A stretch of DNA of 64,000 nt from Eledone cirrhosa (taxonomy: Eukaryota): NCBI GenBank assembly GCA_964016885.1, contig OZ024757.1, positions 33,976,001-34,040,000 on the forward strand. Reading direction: 5' to 3'. Numbering within the stretch: position 1 is the stretch's first letter; the number at the start of each line of letters is the position of its first letter. Under the pieces are notes generated by a model that was not told the DNA's origin, made no database searches, and saw only the letters and a list, made by a program, of their open reading frames with translations. The position numbers were made by a program, and so were the translations under genes. Of the stretch, positions 1 through 11,860 are shown in pieces.

Positions 1-12
1 ATATATATATTT

Positions 13-124
13 ATAGGAACGAGTAGGACCCCGACGGCTGAGCTCAAGCCGTTTCGACGGCTAATTCCAGAATTACCCGTCGAAACGGCTTGAGCTCAGC
101 CGTCGGGGTCCTACTCGTTCCTAT
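13..124. mobile_element. Fold-back palindrome containing the 3' half of a hammerhead ribozyme (Penelope-like pLTR derivative, family A)
   Basis: ATAGGAACGAGTAGGACCCCGACGGCTGAGCTCAAGCCGTTTCGACGG followed by its exact reverse complement. The + arm reads GAAA(82-85)-CGGCT-tgagctc-AGCCG-TC, i.e. stem III plus a GUC site. Starts in a TA tract; a unique tail runs to ~210. Confidence 0.8.
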
Positions 125-290
125 TACCCACTCTACTACCCTAAGTATTGAGTACTTTGGTGCGTTATGGTCCACTTGCTTCCTTACCACATTTCCTTCG
201 TTACACCATTATATATATATATATATGAGAGTGGATGGTCATGGTTGGATCAGGATTGAGCTGAGGCTAAGCACAGTTGATTCGAAGGCA

Positions 291-324
<34 letters not shown>

Positions 325-419
325 TCAACATCAACAACAACAACCAGTTGTTGTTATTTACATTCTTATGTTATGCATAGCTCTCCACAAATCCAACAGA
401 AATTTGCAGGAATGTCGCT

Positions 420-2030
420 GTGTGTGTGTGTGTGTGCGTCTGTGTGTGTGTGTCTGTGTGTGTGTTTACCTGTACGTAACGACCACGTTCCTGCGTGTGT
501 CAGCGTGTGTTTGTGTTTCCGTGTGGGCAAGTGTATGTTTGTGCGTATTTTTGAGAGAAAATGTGTGTGTGTGAGTGTCTGTGTGTGTGTGTGTGTGTGT
601 GTGTAAGTGTCTATCTAGTGCGTACGTATGCGCCATTCCAGCATGCTTGTCTATATTTATGTGCAAATGCGCACGCGTGTATCTTGCCGGTGCACGTGTA
701 CCGAAATATAAACACGCACATACACACACATATATACACACACACATACACACATATATACACGTATACACGTACGCCAAAAACGGATGCACGTACTGTA
801 ATGCATGTTGTGTGGGAGTGAATGAGTGTGAGAAATAAATCAATGTGCTTGTATGAATGCGCGCGTGTGCGTAAAGATGAATGAACGTGTATATGTATGT
901 ATGCGTGTGTGTATCAGTGAATGTGTGAGTGTGTGTGTATATGAATGTGTGAGTATGTGTGTGTGTATGAGTGTGTGTGTGTGTGAGTGTGTGTAAATGC
1001 ATGTGTGAATGTGTCAATGAATGTGTGACTGTGTGAGAGTGTGTATGTGTGTGAAAATGCATGAGTGTGTCCATGAATGTGTGAGTGTGTAAGTGCATGT
1101 GTGAGTGTGTCCATTAATGTGTGAGTGTGTCCATGAAAGTGTGAGTGTGTGTGTGTGTATATGAGTGTGTGTGTAAATGCATGTGTGAATGTGTCAATGA
1201 ATGTGTGACTGTGTGAGAGTGTGTATGTGTGTGAAAATGCATGAGTGTGTCCATGAATGTATGTGAGTGTGTAAGTGCATGTGTGAGTGTGTTCATTAAT
1301 GTGTGTGAGTGTGTATGTATGTGTGTGTAAGTGCATATGTGTCCATTAATATGTGAATGTGTCCATGAAAGTGTGAGTGTGTCCATGAATGTGTGTGCGT
1401 GTGTGTGTGTGAGTGTCTCCATGAATGTGTGTGTGTGTGTGTGTGTGTAAATGCATATGTGACTGGCCATGAATGTGTGACTGTGTGAGAGTGTGTTCAC
1501 TTAACTTCTATTTCTCCTCATATTTTTCTCGCTTCATTTTCCCTTTACTGCATGTGTCTTTCTCTCTCTCTCTCTCTGCCTATCTCTCTCTCCCACCCTC
1601 TCTATCTATCTACCCCCCTCCCCATCTCTTTCATCCTTTCTCTTTTTATCCCTTTCTTCCGTTTTCTTTTTCTCTCTCTATCTCAAAGATTCATGTATGT
1701 ATGAATATATGTATATATGCATGAATGTATATATGAATATATATATATGTGTGCGTATAAATGCATGTATGTATGTGTATGTATGCATGTATGTGTATGT
1801 GTGTATCTATGTATTTATGTATATATGAATGCATGTATGTATGTACATACGTAAGTACGCATATATGTATGAATATATGTATATATATATATATGTAAGT
1901 ATATATGTATGTATATATGCATGTATATATGCACGTATGTATTATGTATGTATATATGTATTATGTAGGTATATATGTACGTAAGCATGTATGAATGTGT
2001 GTATGTGTGTATCTATGTTTGTATGTATAT
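420..2030. repeat. Degenerate (TG)n, (CT)n and (TATG)n microsatellite-derived tract
   Basis: Direct reading; includes a ~180 bp internal duplication (approx. 950-1130 vs 1150-1300). Confidence 0.9.
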
Positions 2031-2283
2031 TGTATGTCAGGTCACCAGTTGGTGCTACTGGTAACATGTATCCCAGTACAACCTGTCTCATGGTTGGCGA
2101 CTAAACTGGTTGGCGACTAAACTGGCAACCCTACCAAGGTTTCTTGGTGAGGGGGGTGACTTTGGACATCCTGCATGACTAAAAACAAAACCTGTCAAAA
2201 GGCAAAGAAGCTCTTAAGAGTCAATGGCCATCCAAAATCACCGGGAGAGATGACCCCTTAGCCTTTGTCAAGGCAGAATTCTA

Positions 2284-2653
2284 GGAGAAGGAAAACTCTA
2301 ATATAACACCTGCAACCCTGATGGTATCCAATGATGTTGACTTGTTCTTCTTTTTGGTAAATATCATCTTGGTTAAGAGAGTGGGACTGGCTTTGTGCAG
2401 GGCCTTTGCTCACTATAAAAGCTTCACGGCACAGGCGTTGCTTTATATCTGGAGATCTCTCTGCACTTGTCGTCACATGGTACCATGGGCCCAGCACTAT
2501 GTGTCAATAATTGTCACAAGTGTAGTGTTTGTACCAGAGTTTTCAAGTCGCTGGCTGGACTAAAAAGTCACACTCGTTCAGCGCATCGGTAGTGGTTCTC
2601 CTACATGGATATAAAGTAGTGGCCGTACTCGAAAACGAGTTGGCAGCCACCAT
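2284..2653 (+). repeat. Dispersed ~370 bp repeat, copy 1 (resembles an RTE-type LINE 5' region)
   Basis: Near-identical to 18165-18522. Begins GGAGAAGGAAAACTCT, a motif reminiscent of RTE 5' UTRs. Confidence 0.75.
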
Positions 2654-3261
2654 GTATGTATATATGTATGTATATATGTGTGTGTGTATATATATATGTG
2701 TATGTATGTATCTATAAAAGAAACTACGAGTGAATGCATCGATGTGTATATATATGTGTATGTATGTATTTATAAAAGAAACTACGTGTGAATGTATCGA
2801 TGTGTATATATATACATCAGGCATTTATTATCGGCAAAATATACTTATATGGATACACCCATTGATTTGTTCATTTCAGTCTTTCACTCATTCATATATA
2901 TATATATATATATATATGTTTTCTGTTGAGCTCTGCTGATGAATGATATTCCAACCGTGACCATCTCCACTGAAAGTTTTCATGAAATAGTCTTTTAAGA
3001 CTATACAGAGCATTTGATGTTATTCCAAATTGAAGGATAAGTGTTTCAAACTTTGTTTTATCATGAGTTAAAGGTCTATAGATTTTTCCATGGATTTTAC
3101 TAAATTCTGTGGATGAATTTGTATCCTGATTCTCTTTTGAGATGAGTTTGAGTTATTTTTCCTAAATCTTTCGTTAACTACTTTTCCCATCTTGACGTTA
3201 TAGTCGCATATATGTTATAGAATGCCGTTAGCTTCTTGCTAAAACAATCTCTATACGTCTC

Positions 3262-3365
<104 letters not shown>

Positions 3366-3499
3366 AAATGTAGAAGTTCTATTTAAATTGTTGGGATACA
3401 ACAAGCAAATATTTTTATAACTGATATAAAGTACTCAACAAATATTTGGAGTAAAAATACGATATTAACAAATAGAAACTATATTTATAAAACCATATT

Positions 3500-3564
3500 T
3501 ATTTCATTATACATATTTCAAGGACACATAGTTAAATTATGGTGTGCTTTCATCAGATAAAATG
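3500..3564 (-). ncRNA. Type I hammerhead ribozyme (family B)
   Basis: Minus strand reads attttat-CTGATGA-aagcacaccataatttaactatgtgtcctt-GAAA-TATGTA-TA-atgaaata. Confidence 0.8.
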
Positions 3565-3665
3565 TAATATAGATCAGTTTTATAAATAAATATTGACATA
3601 CCCTTAAAGAATGCAACCATTACTGTTGGACGCTCCAGGATTTATTTATAAAACTGATCTATATT

Positions 3666-3731
3666 ATATTTTATCTGATGAAAGCACACCATAATTTAAC
3701 TTGGTGTCCTTGAAATATGTATAATGAAATA
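3666..3731 (+). ncRNA. Type I hammerhead ribozyme (family B)
   Basis: Stem I tattttat/atgaaata; CTGATGA 3675-3681; stem II aagcacacca/tggtgtcctt; GAAA 3712-3715; short palindrome-like stem III; UA site; AATAAA just downstream. Confidence 0.85.
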
Positions 3732-3770
3732 AATATGGTTTTATAAATATAGTTTTTATTTGTTAATATC

Positions 3771-3877
<107 letters not shown>

Positions 3878-3969
3878 ATGGAAAAATTTGAACAGGGACA
3901 AAACAGAGAAGCAGTACAACGAATGTTTATTAATTTCACGCTCTGGAGAGTGGAGTGTTGGTGGGGGAC

Positions 3970-3997
3970 GACGTTTCGGGCATAAGCCCTTCCTCAG
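3970..3997 (-). ncRNA. Minimal hammerhead core (Penelope-type)
   Basis: Minus strand CTGAGGA-a-GGGC-ttat-GCCC-GAAA-CG-TC. Stem I is weak (about 2 bp). Lies in a TA-flanked element at ~3878-4132. Confidence 0.65.
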
Positions 3998-4130
3998 GTG
4001 AGAAGTGTGTGGGAACAGAGTTCAAAGGGTGTGTAGGGGAGTGGTGGAGAGACATATAGCGAAAGGAAACGGTGCGAATGAAAAAAATAAAAATAAAAAT
4101 AAAAATAAAGCATGATCAAAATACAAGGAA

Positions 4131-4198
<68 letters not shown>

Positions 4199-4201
<3 letters not shown>

Positions 4202-4400
4202 AAGGTGAAACTTGGAGTTTTGTAGGTTCACCCGAGTGAGCACTCGATGTTTAGGTTCACTTCAGTGTGGAGGTGTAGAGCTAGACAGAGTGTATTGTAG
4301 TGAAATAAGATAACAAGGAGGATTGGTTACTCCTTCATTACGTTTATTGAATAAAGGTAATGAAGGAGTAACCAATCGTCCTTGTTATCTTATTTCACTG
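4199..4400. mobile_element. Penelope-like pLTR fragment with terminal palindrome (family C)
   Basis: Palindrome 4299-4399 centred at TTTATTG/AATAAA. 4205-4320 is the reverse-complement homologue of 14354-14470. Confidence 0.7.
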
Positions 4401-4408
4401 TGTGTGTG

Positions 4409-4496
<88 letters not shown>

Positions 4497-4588
4497 AAGT
4501 AATTCCGTCGGAAAGGTCCAGGAAAAAAGAGTGCTCTATGTAGGTTACAGAGCTTTTTAGTTATGTAATAAACAACATAAGATAATTA

Positions 4589-4648
4589 TTTCATTTACCA
4601 GTGGTTTCTTGAAAGCAACCAAAATTGCTTTCATTCATCAGAATGAAA
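4589..4648 (-). ncRNA. Complete type I hammerhead ribozyme (family D)
   Basis: Minus strand tttcatt-CTGATGA-atgaaagcaat-tttg-gttgctttcaa-GAAA-CCACTGG-TA-aatgaaa. 7 bp stem I, ~10 bp stem II, GUA site. Bracketed by inverted repeats at 4559-4576 and 4657-4673. Confidence 0.9.
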
Positions 4649-4668
4649 AAAATATCTTGTTTATTACA

Positions 4669-4705
<37 letters not shown>

Positions 4706-4706
4706 C

Positions 4707-4742
<36 letters not shown>

Positions 4743-4864
4743 AGAAAATGAGGTTTTTTTACAAAATGAAAAAAAAAAAGAGATGTCCTACACGAATGAA
4801 AGTATAAAGAAAAAAGATGAAATCGAAAATGCAACTGGAGTCTTTTTAAAAATATTTATTTGGT

Positions 4865-4904
4865 TCCTTTACCGGTTTCGCAGTTCTTGTGCTTTTCAAA
4901 AGTA
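4865..4904 (-). ncRNA. Degenerate hammerhead ribozyme
   Basis: Minus strand tactt-TTGAAAA(for CTGAAGA)-gca-caagaac-tgc-GAAA-CCGG-TA-aagga, then AATAAA. Two core substitutions. Confidence 0.5.
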
Positions 4905-5039
4905 GAGTCGAGATGGAGAAAAAAGTAGAAACTCTATATTTTACGTTATGTTTTGACATTTATAAGCAATTTTCAAAATTCGCAGTTTTCGCTCTTCGCG
5001 AGTTCTCTATGAACATAACCCCCGCGAATACTGGGACAG

Positions 5040-5095
<56 letters not shown>

Positions 5096-5097
<2 letters not shown>

Positions 5098-5535
5098 AAG
5101 GCGGGTAAAATTCCCGAGATCCATGGACGAGTTCTCTCCAGCGGTCTCTGTCCCTCATTATCGCTGCCATGTCCTGCGTCTCCAACAGACCAGTGTCTGT
5201 CCTTAGGGCATCAACATACGTTAACCTTGGTCTTCCTCTTCTAGTGCGTCCATGTAGGGGCTCCCAAAGGAGCACTGAGTGCAATGTCAACTCTGGATGT
5301 CGGTGAGCATGTCCAGCTAACCTCAGTCTCCTCTGTGTCACTTTTGAGCTGACTTTTGGGATGCTCCCATATAGTTCTGAGTTCTTCATCCTCAGTGTAT
5401 ACTGATTAATGTTCAGAGCCATCCTCAGCATTCTCGTGTAGCACCCATCCACCATCTGAGTGAGTTTCTTGGTCAGTGTCCAAGTCTCAGACCCATACAG
5501 CAGCACAGACACCACTACAGCAATGAAGAGGCGGA
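5096..5535 (-). mobile_element. RTE-clade LINE 3' fragment (ORF C-terminus)
   Basis: ORF track: SVLLYGSETWTL...RMLR...RRLRLAGH...GRPRLTYVD, the conserved post-RT region of RTE/RTE-X LINEs. Confidence 0.9.
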
Positions 5536-5869
5536 TATATATATATATATACAGAGAGAGGGAGAGAGATGTAATATCTCGACCGCATCGCCAAGGTTGT
5601 GTGGCTACAAACCGGACAGTTTCAGATTTTTGAGAAATTCAACGAGATAATGAACAGCATCGCCCTCGTCGACAGCTTTGTCGATAGATTTATAGGTCTG
5701 GCTACCTCCAGGGATCATTTATGAGAGGTTTTGTTGATGGCATTCACTGTGATGTTTTTTTAAGCCACTCCTCATTGGAATGGTGGATTTGGAAATTGGG
5801 GGAACAATTAATTAAGCTTTCAACGCTTCCCACAGCAGTACAAAATGACGAAGGATCAAAACATCTTTC

Positions 5870-6640
5870 AGTATCAAGGGATTGCTTTTCTATAAATTAA
5901 AACGGCTGAGCGGTGCTTATCGGTAACTCCATGTGTCCCCTCCCTTCCCGCCTCTGTTATTGGCACTAAAGCAATCTCTGAGGCTGGGAAAATGCGACGG
6001 TTCCCTCTCGCCTCTCCCCCTCATTCCATTTTCGGATAAAAAGTCGATTGCAAGCATATCGGAGGTCAGATTAGTTGAAAACACGAAAAACCTAGGAAAA
6101 AAATGTTCTTTACGATCCCCAGCGGGTGCTTTTCTATAAATTTAAACGGCTGAGAAGTGCTTATCTGTAACTCCGAGGGTCTCCTTCACCCTCTGCCTCC
6201 GTTTTCGGATAAAAGAGTTGTTGGCGAGTGAGTCAGATGTCAGATCGTTCGAAAACAAAGAAAAAAAAAAACTAGAAATAAAAATTCACACAGAAGAAAT
6301 CTCCGAGGCTGGTAAAATCCGAGAGTTACCCCCATTCCCCTTTCGGAGTAAAAATCGATTGCGAGCATGTCTGAGGTCATGTTAGCTGAAACACACAAAA
6401 AAACTTAATTATTACCAATTTTATTTAGTCGGTCAACGTACAAACAAATTTCCTTTTTACGTATATAGGTGACGGACGAACAGATAGTATCTGCGTGCTA
6501 GAAAGAGCAGTAAATTCTCCCTCAACTCCGTCCCTCACATTCCGTTTTCGGAAAATAAGCCGACAGCTAGCTTGCTGGAGGTCAGATTAGTTGAAAACAC
6601 ACGAAAAACCCTAATTATTATCAACTTTATTTAGTGTCAT
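5870..6640 (+). repeat. Degenerate tandem modules (~150-250 bp), probably subterminal repeats of a DNA or Helitron-type element
   Basis: TTTCGGATAAAA...GGAGGTCAGATTAGTTGAAAACAC recurs at about 6030, 6200, 6340 and 6545. Confidence 0.6.
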
Positions 6641-6838
6641 TATAGGAAACTCTTTACTACCAAAAAATTTCGCTGCCGTTTGAATCCTCGGAGATATTTC
6701 TGTATTCCGAGTTCCATCTTTATTCACTGCACCCCTAGTGTTAAGGTTCAGCAACTTTAAGAAGATTACCTTTCATATATATTTTATTTTGCTGCACATG
6801 TTATCCAGATGCAGGTTGACATAAAATTACCGTTATCT

Positions 6839-7066
6839 TTAACCCATTAGCATTTTCATTACTCTATATCTGCTAATATATGTTCGTGATAAAGGCTTTA
6901 CCTCACATAATTATCTCACATAATATCGAAGCTATGAAATTTTGATATTATTTATTTTGAGAACAATATCTTAATGTCGGTATAAGCGGCCATTACGGCT
7001 TGTTTGAACAGAAAGAAGTGAGAGAATTCTGGCCGGATACAGCCGGTTTAAATGCTAAAGGATTAA
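6839..7066. mobile_element. piggyBac-type TTAA MITE
   Basis: TTAA-CCCATTAGCATTT...AAATGCTAAAGGA-TTAA. Same family at 52131-52248, 53433-53650 and 53926-54153. Confidence 0.8.
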
Positions 7067-7915
7067 ATTTATAGTCAAACCAGAGATATCACATGTCAAA
7101 TCAAATGCAGAAATCAACAATTGCAATCCATGCTCAGTATGACTAACAAGGTCACAGCTATCAACATACAGTAGGTCTCTTATTTGGGAGGTAAAAAAAA
7201 CACTTTGCTCATCAATTTTATCCTTGCTAAAATAGAAATATTTTCCATGGTACGATATCTTACATATATTCTCATTGTAGGTTTAGAAAGCATGATAGAG
7301 CATGGCAGTAAAATATATTGCAACGAGAGTAGGTGCATGAAGGTCTCACTGCTTCAAACCATTTTCCACTGCAAAAGGATTCGAGAGTGTGCCCCTAAAG
7401 TTACTCTGGCCTCATGCCTTTATGAAGAGCTTTCAATATATTTACAAACTTTTGAGGGCAAGCAAAACTAACCATAAGGCATTCCTATTAACAGTATTGA
7501 ATACCTTACTGAGATCAACATAACATTGGTAGAGAGGAAGGTTCTGCTCAATACATTATTCCTGCAGTTGTCTGATTGTGAAGATCATATCACTAGTGCC
7601 TCTTTTCACAAAAAAACAATATTGTGTCTATGATACAACTGTTGCCACTATAAACTTATTATGCCGTTCCAAAGGGACAAGTGCGAGAAGCTTCCTGACA
7701 ACAGACTATAGGGAAATACCCCTAAGTTTGCCACATTATTCTTTGGCATAGAATTCAAAAACAGTCATGAGGAACTTCCATTATTCAGCGGGAAACAGCG
7801 ACTAGGGGTGACTGATCACTGTGCAAACATCTATAGTGATACCCACCCCAAACATTAGCTGTACCAGTTATAACTAGGGTAATACCCCAACCACTGACTG
7901 TACCAGTTATATCTA

Positions 7916-8130
7916 ATAAATGGAGATATTTAAAGGGTAGGGATTGTGCGTGACTGCGGAATCGAACCACAGACTACGCATCACCTCCTGATATGCCCCC
8001 AGCTGGAACATCCCTGGACAGTATTGGACTTGGCGGAGTTTAATGAGAAAGGACAGCAATGTGTTCAGCTGTGGCGGAACCATATCTAGTCAAGCTTTGT
8101 AACTGACACTGCTGTGGACACGATAAGAAG
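7916..8130 (+). mobile_element. Ingi/Vingi-type LINE 3' fragment
   Basis: Encodes KWRYL...(R)DCGIEPQTTHHLLICP (C-terminal Zn knuckle) followed by a stop. Ends GGACACGATAAGAAG and interrupts a minisatellite unit. Confidence 0.6.
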
Positions 8131-8641
8131 CTAAGGTACCACTACAACCACTGGCTATACCAGTTATATCTAAGGTACTACTACAACCACTGATTATGCC
8201 AGTTATATCTAAGGTACCACTACAACCACTGGCTATACCAGTTATATCTAAGGTACCACTACAACCACTGGCTATACCAGTTATATCTAAGGTACCACTA
8301 CAACCACTGGCTATACCAGTTATATCTAAGGTACCACTACAACCACTGGCTATACCAGTTATATCTAAGGTACTACTACAACCACTGATTATACCAGTTA
8401 TATCTAAGGTACCACTACAACCACTGGCTATACCAGTTATATCTAAGGTACCACTACAACCACTGGCTATACCAGTTATATCTCAGGTACAACCACTGGC
8501 TATACCAGTTATATCTAAGGTACCACCACAACCACTGGCTATACCAGTTATATTTAAAGTAACACTACAACCACTGGCTATACCAGTTATATCTAAAGCA
8601 ACACTACAACCACTGGCCATACCAGTTATATCTGAGGTACT
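8131..8641. repeat. 39-bp minisatellite (~13 copies)
   Basis: Unit CTAAGGTACCACTACAACCACTGGCTATACCAGTTATAT; older units at 7857-7915. Confidence 0.95.
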
Positions 8642-9058
8642 ACGGAAGTCTGGCTTTATTGATTCATACCTTGGTCAGTGTATCAATACTATTTTGTTGT
8701 TTAACTGAACGTCTGCTCCGTACAAAACCTCATTGCCAATCTAATCTAATAGAATCTAATCAAATTATACCTCGGTCTTCATAAACTAAATAGATATATA
8801 AATCACGGCGAGTGATGGTGGCGGTGGTGTTGGTGGTGTTGGTGGCGGCGGTGGTGGTGTTGGTGGCGGTGGTGTTGGTGGCGGCGGCGGCGGTGTTGGT
8901 GGCTCTATATAATTATATACAATCTGGCATCTGTTTTTTTTTTTGTTTACATATATATATATATATTTGTGTGTTGTTTTATTTATTCATTCGTCAAAAT
9001 GGAAATTAAGTAGAGTGGAAATCCGACTGGTTATGCATGAGCTGCCATAACAATGGAT

Positions 9059-9154
<96 letters not shown>

Positions 9155-9230
9155 CACGCGCCATCACCGAAAATGATTGTGAAGTCTTCCTGTACGTGTA
9201 TATATACATATATATCTATATGTGTGTGTT

Positions 9231-9269
<39 letters not shown>

Positions 9270-9291
9270 TTATATATATATATATATATAC

Positions 9292-9382
<91 letters not shown>

Positions 9383-9475
9383 CGCGTGTGTTTTACACCT
9401 GGATTCCCTTTCCGACCCCAACCCTTTTAGTCGTTTACGCGACGCTGGGATATGGTGTACCTATTCTAAATCGGG

Positions 9476-9507
<32 letters not shown>

Positions 9508-9696
9508 CATACACACACACACACATACATATAGAGGTATATAAATATATACATATTAAATACTATTAAGGCTAAAAAATATTCATTTGCCCCACAATCT
9601 GTTGGACTTCTGTCAGAGTAGGATTATCAGACATCTCATGAATTATATCCAATACACACACAGACAGACACACAGACACATATATATATAGAGAGA

Positions 9697-10015
9697 TCTT
9701 CACCCACATATTCCTGAGAGGCTCTTGGGAGCAGAGTCCTCAAACACTCCTTCTAGCGGGTCCTGTCAAAAGCAACTGTCTCCAACTGATCCAGCTAGAT
9801 CCCCGATCGTGACCAGCTAAGCTCATGGATGTTATCCAACCATCTTCCACGGGGTCTGCCTCTGGGTCTCCTACCTGTTAGTTTTGCGCGTAAAATCTGT
9901 CCAGCGATTCTTTCCTGAGACATTTTAACCGCATGCCCATAGTATCAGAGCTGTGATCTCTCAATTCGGAGAAGTAGCGGCTCTTCCTGGAGTGACTCTG
10001 ATCCTCGAGCTACGC
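9697..10015 (-). mobile_element. RTE 3'-end-derived repeat
   Basis: LLRIERSQL..YGH..R...GRPRGRWLDNIHEL remnant. Same family at 30380-30908, 56905-57083 and 62035-62345. Confidence 0.8.
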
Positions 10016-10346
10016 TCTGTATCAAGTTTCGCCTGGTTATCACAGGGTCATTCAGGCATGATAACCCCGTGATAAACAGTCGTAACTCTAGAGTAACAAG
10101 AAATGTTTTAGCCTTAATAATATTGAATATGAAAACTCTACTTCGGCATTGAGTACTCTCCCAGCCGTCAACCACATTTAACTTTAATTATATCTCATAA
10201 AATAATACAACTGGTTTTTCCACATTATACATATTGTTAGCACCCCAAACACTTAAATTGGGTTTATATTTTAATATAACCTAATGTTTGTTGAGTGAGA
10301 TGGTTACCAGTCAGAGTTTAGCTTTAAACTATCTCTGTTATTGTAT

Positions 10347-10418
<72 letters not shown>

Positions 10419-10903
10419 GCGCATGGCTGAGTTCGATTTCTGGACCGGGCGATGCATTATGTCCTTGAGCAAGACACTTTATTTCACGTTGCTCCTTCTA
10501 CCTGGAGTTGCGACCAATAAAGAGTATTAGCAATTGGAAAGGCCAACGGAAACATTGTTTCTTCGATCCGATTTGACGAAAGTCGATCGATTGCCGATAT
10601 ATATATATATAACCAGTTGCTGAATTTTGATATTCAGTGTTAGAGGGTTGTGTTCACATACATACACAAATACATATATACACACATACACACACAAATA
10701 CACATACACATGTACACACACACACACGCATGTACATATATACGTACATTTCTGTATTTCACGTTTGTTGTCCAACGTTTGGTAAACTTCATTTCCGACT
10801 AGAACGCCGTCAAATAAATCTTTGGAGACAATTTGGTTTGATGTCACACTGGAAATACTGTGACACGTGTGCGCGCGTGTGTGTGTGTGTGTGTGTGTGT
10901 GCG

Positions 10904-10947
<44 letters not shown>

Positions 10948-11044
10948 TGTGTGTGTGCGAGCGTGTGTTTGTGTGAGTGAGTATATATGTTAATGTGAGT
11001 TTGTTTACGTGGAAATACTGTCATACGTGTGTGTGTGTGCGCGC

Positions 11045-11099
<55 letters not shown>

Positions 11100-11277
11100 T
11101 GTGTGTGTGTGAGTTTGCATGTTTGTGTTATTGTGAGTGTGTATACATTTTATAGTGAGTGTATGTGTGTATGCGTGTATGTGTATGTGTATGTGTGTGT
11201 GTGTGAATGGGTGTGTGGTAGTGGGACAGGGGGGGGGGGGAAACACTTCCATTAAATGGTGTGTGGTTCTAACAAGA

Positions 11278-11860
11278 CCATCATCATTATCATCAACACA
11301 ATCACCATCATCACCAAGACAACCAGCACCATCATCGTCGTCATCATATCATTATCAATATCATCATCATTAATTTCCATCACCGTCATCACTATCACCA
11401 TCATCACCATTATCACCATCGTCGTCAGCATCATCACTATCACCATCATCACCATTATCATCATCGTCGTCAGCATTTTTTCACTATCATCATTATTATC
11501 ATCACCATCAAAACCATCATCATCATCACCATCATTAGCACTATCATCACTATCATTAACATAACCATCACTATCATCATCACCACCATTAGCACTATCA
11601 TCACCATCATCACCACCATTAGCACTATCATCACCATCAAAACCATCACTATCATCATCATCATTAGCACTATCATCACCATCAAAACCATCATCACCAT
11701 CACTATCATCATCACTATCATCATCACCATCACCACCATTAGCACTATCATCATCACCACCATTAGCACTATCATCACCATCAAAACCATCATCATCATC
11801 ACCAACACTATCATCACCATCAAAACCATTATCACCACCACCACCATCACCATCATCATC
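11278..11860. repeat. (CAT/CAC)n trinucleotide-derived low-complexity tract
   Basis: Direct reading. Confidence 0.9.

Noticed and set aside
277-1500. Many ORFs rich in HT, CV or YI dipeptides here and throughout the window
   Set aside because: They are translations of (CA)n, (TG)n and (TA)n microsatellites.
2936-2990. CTGATGA followed by GAAA as a possible hammerhead
   Set aside because: No convincing stems I or II; it lies in a common GATATTCCAACCGTGACCATC repeat.
8131-8708. 39-bp array as a CRISPR array or a 170-aa repeat protein
   Set aside because: Head-to-tail units with no unique spacers, no cas genes and a eukaryotic context; the ORF is a by-product of a unit length divisible by 3.
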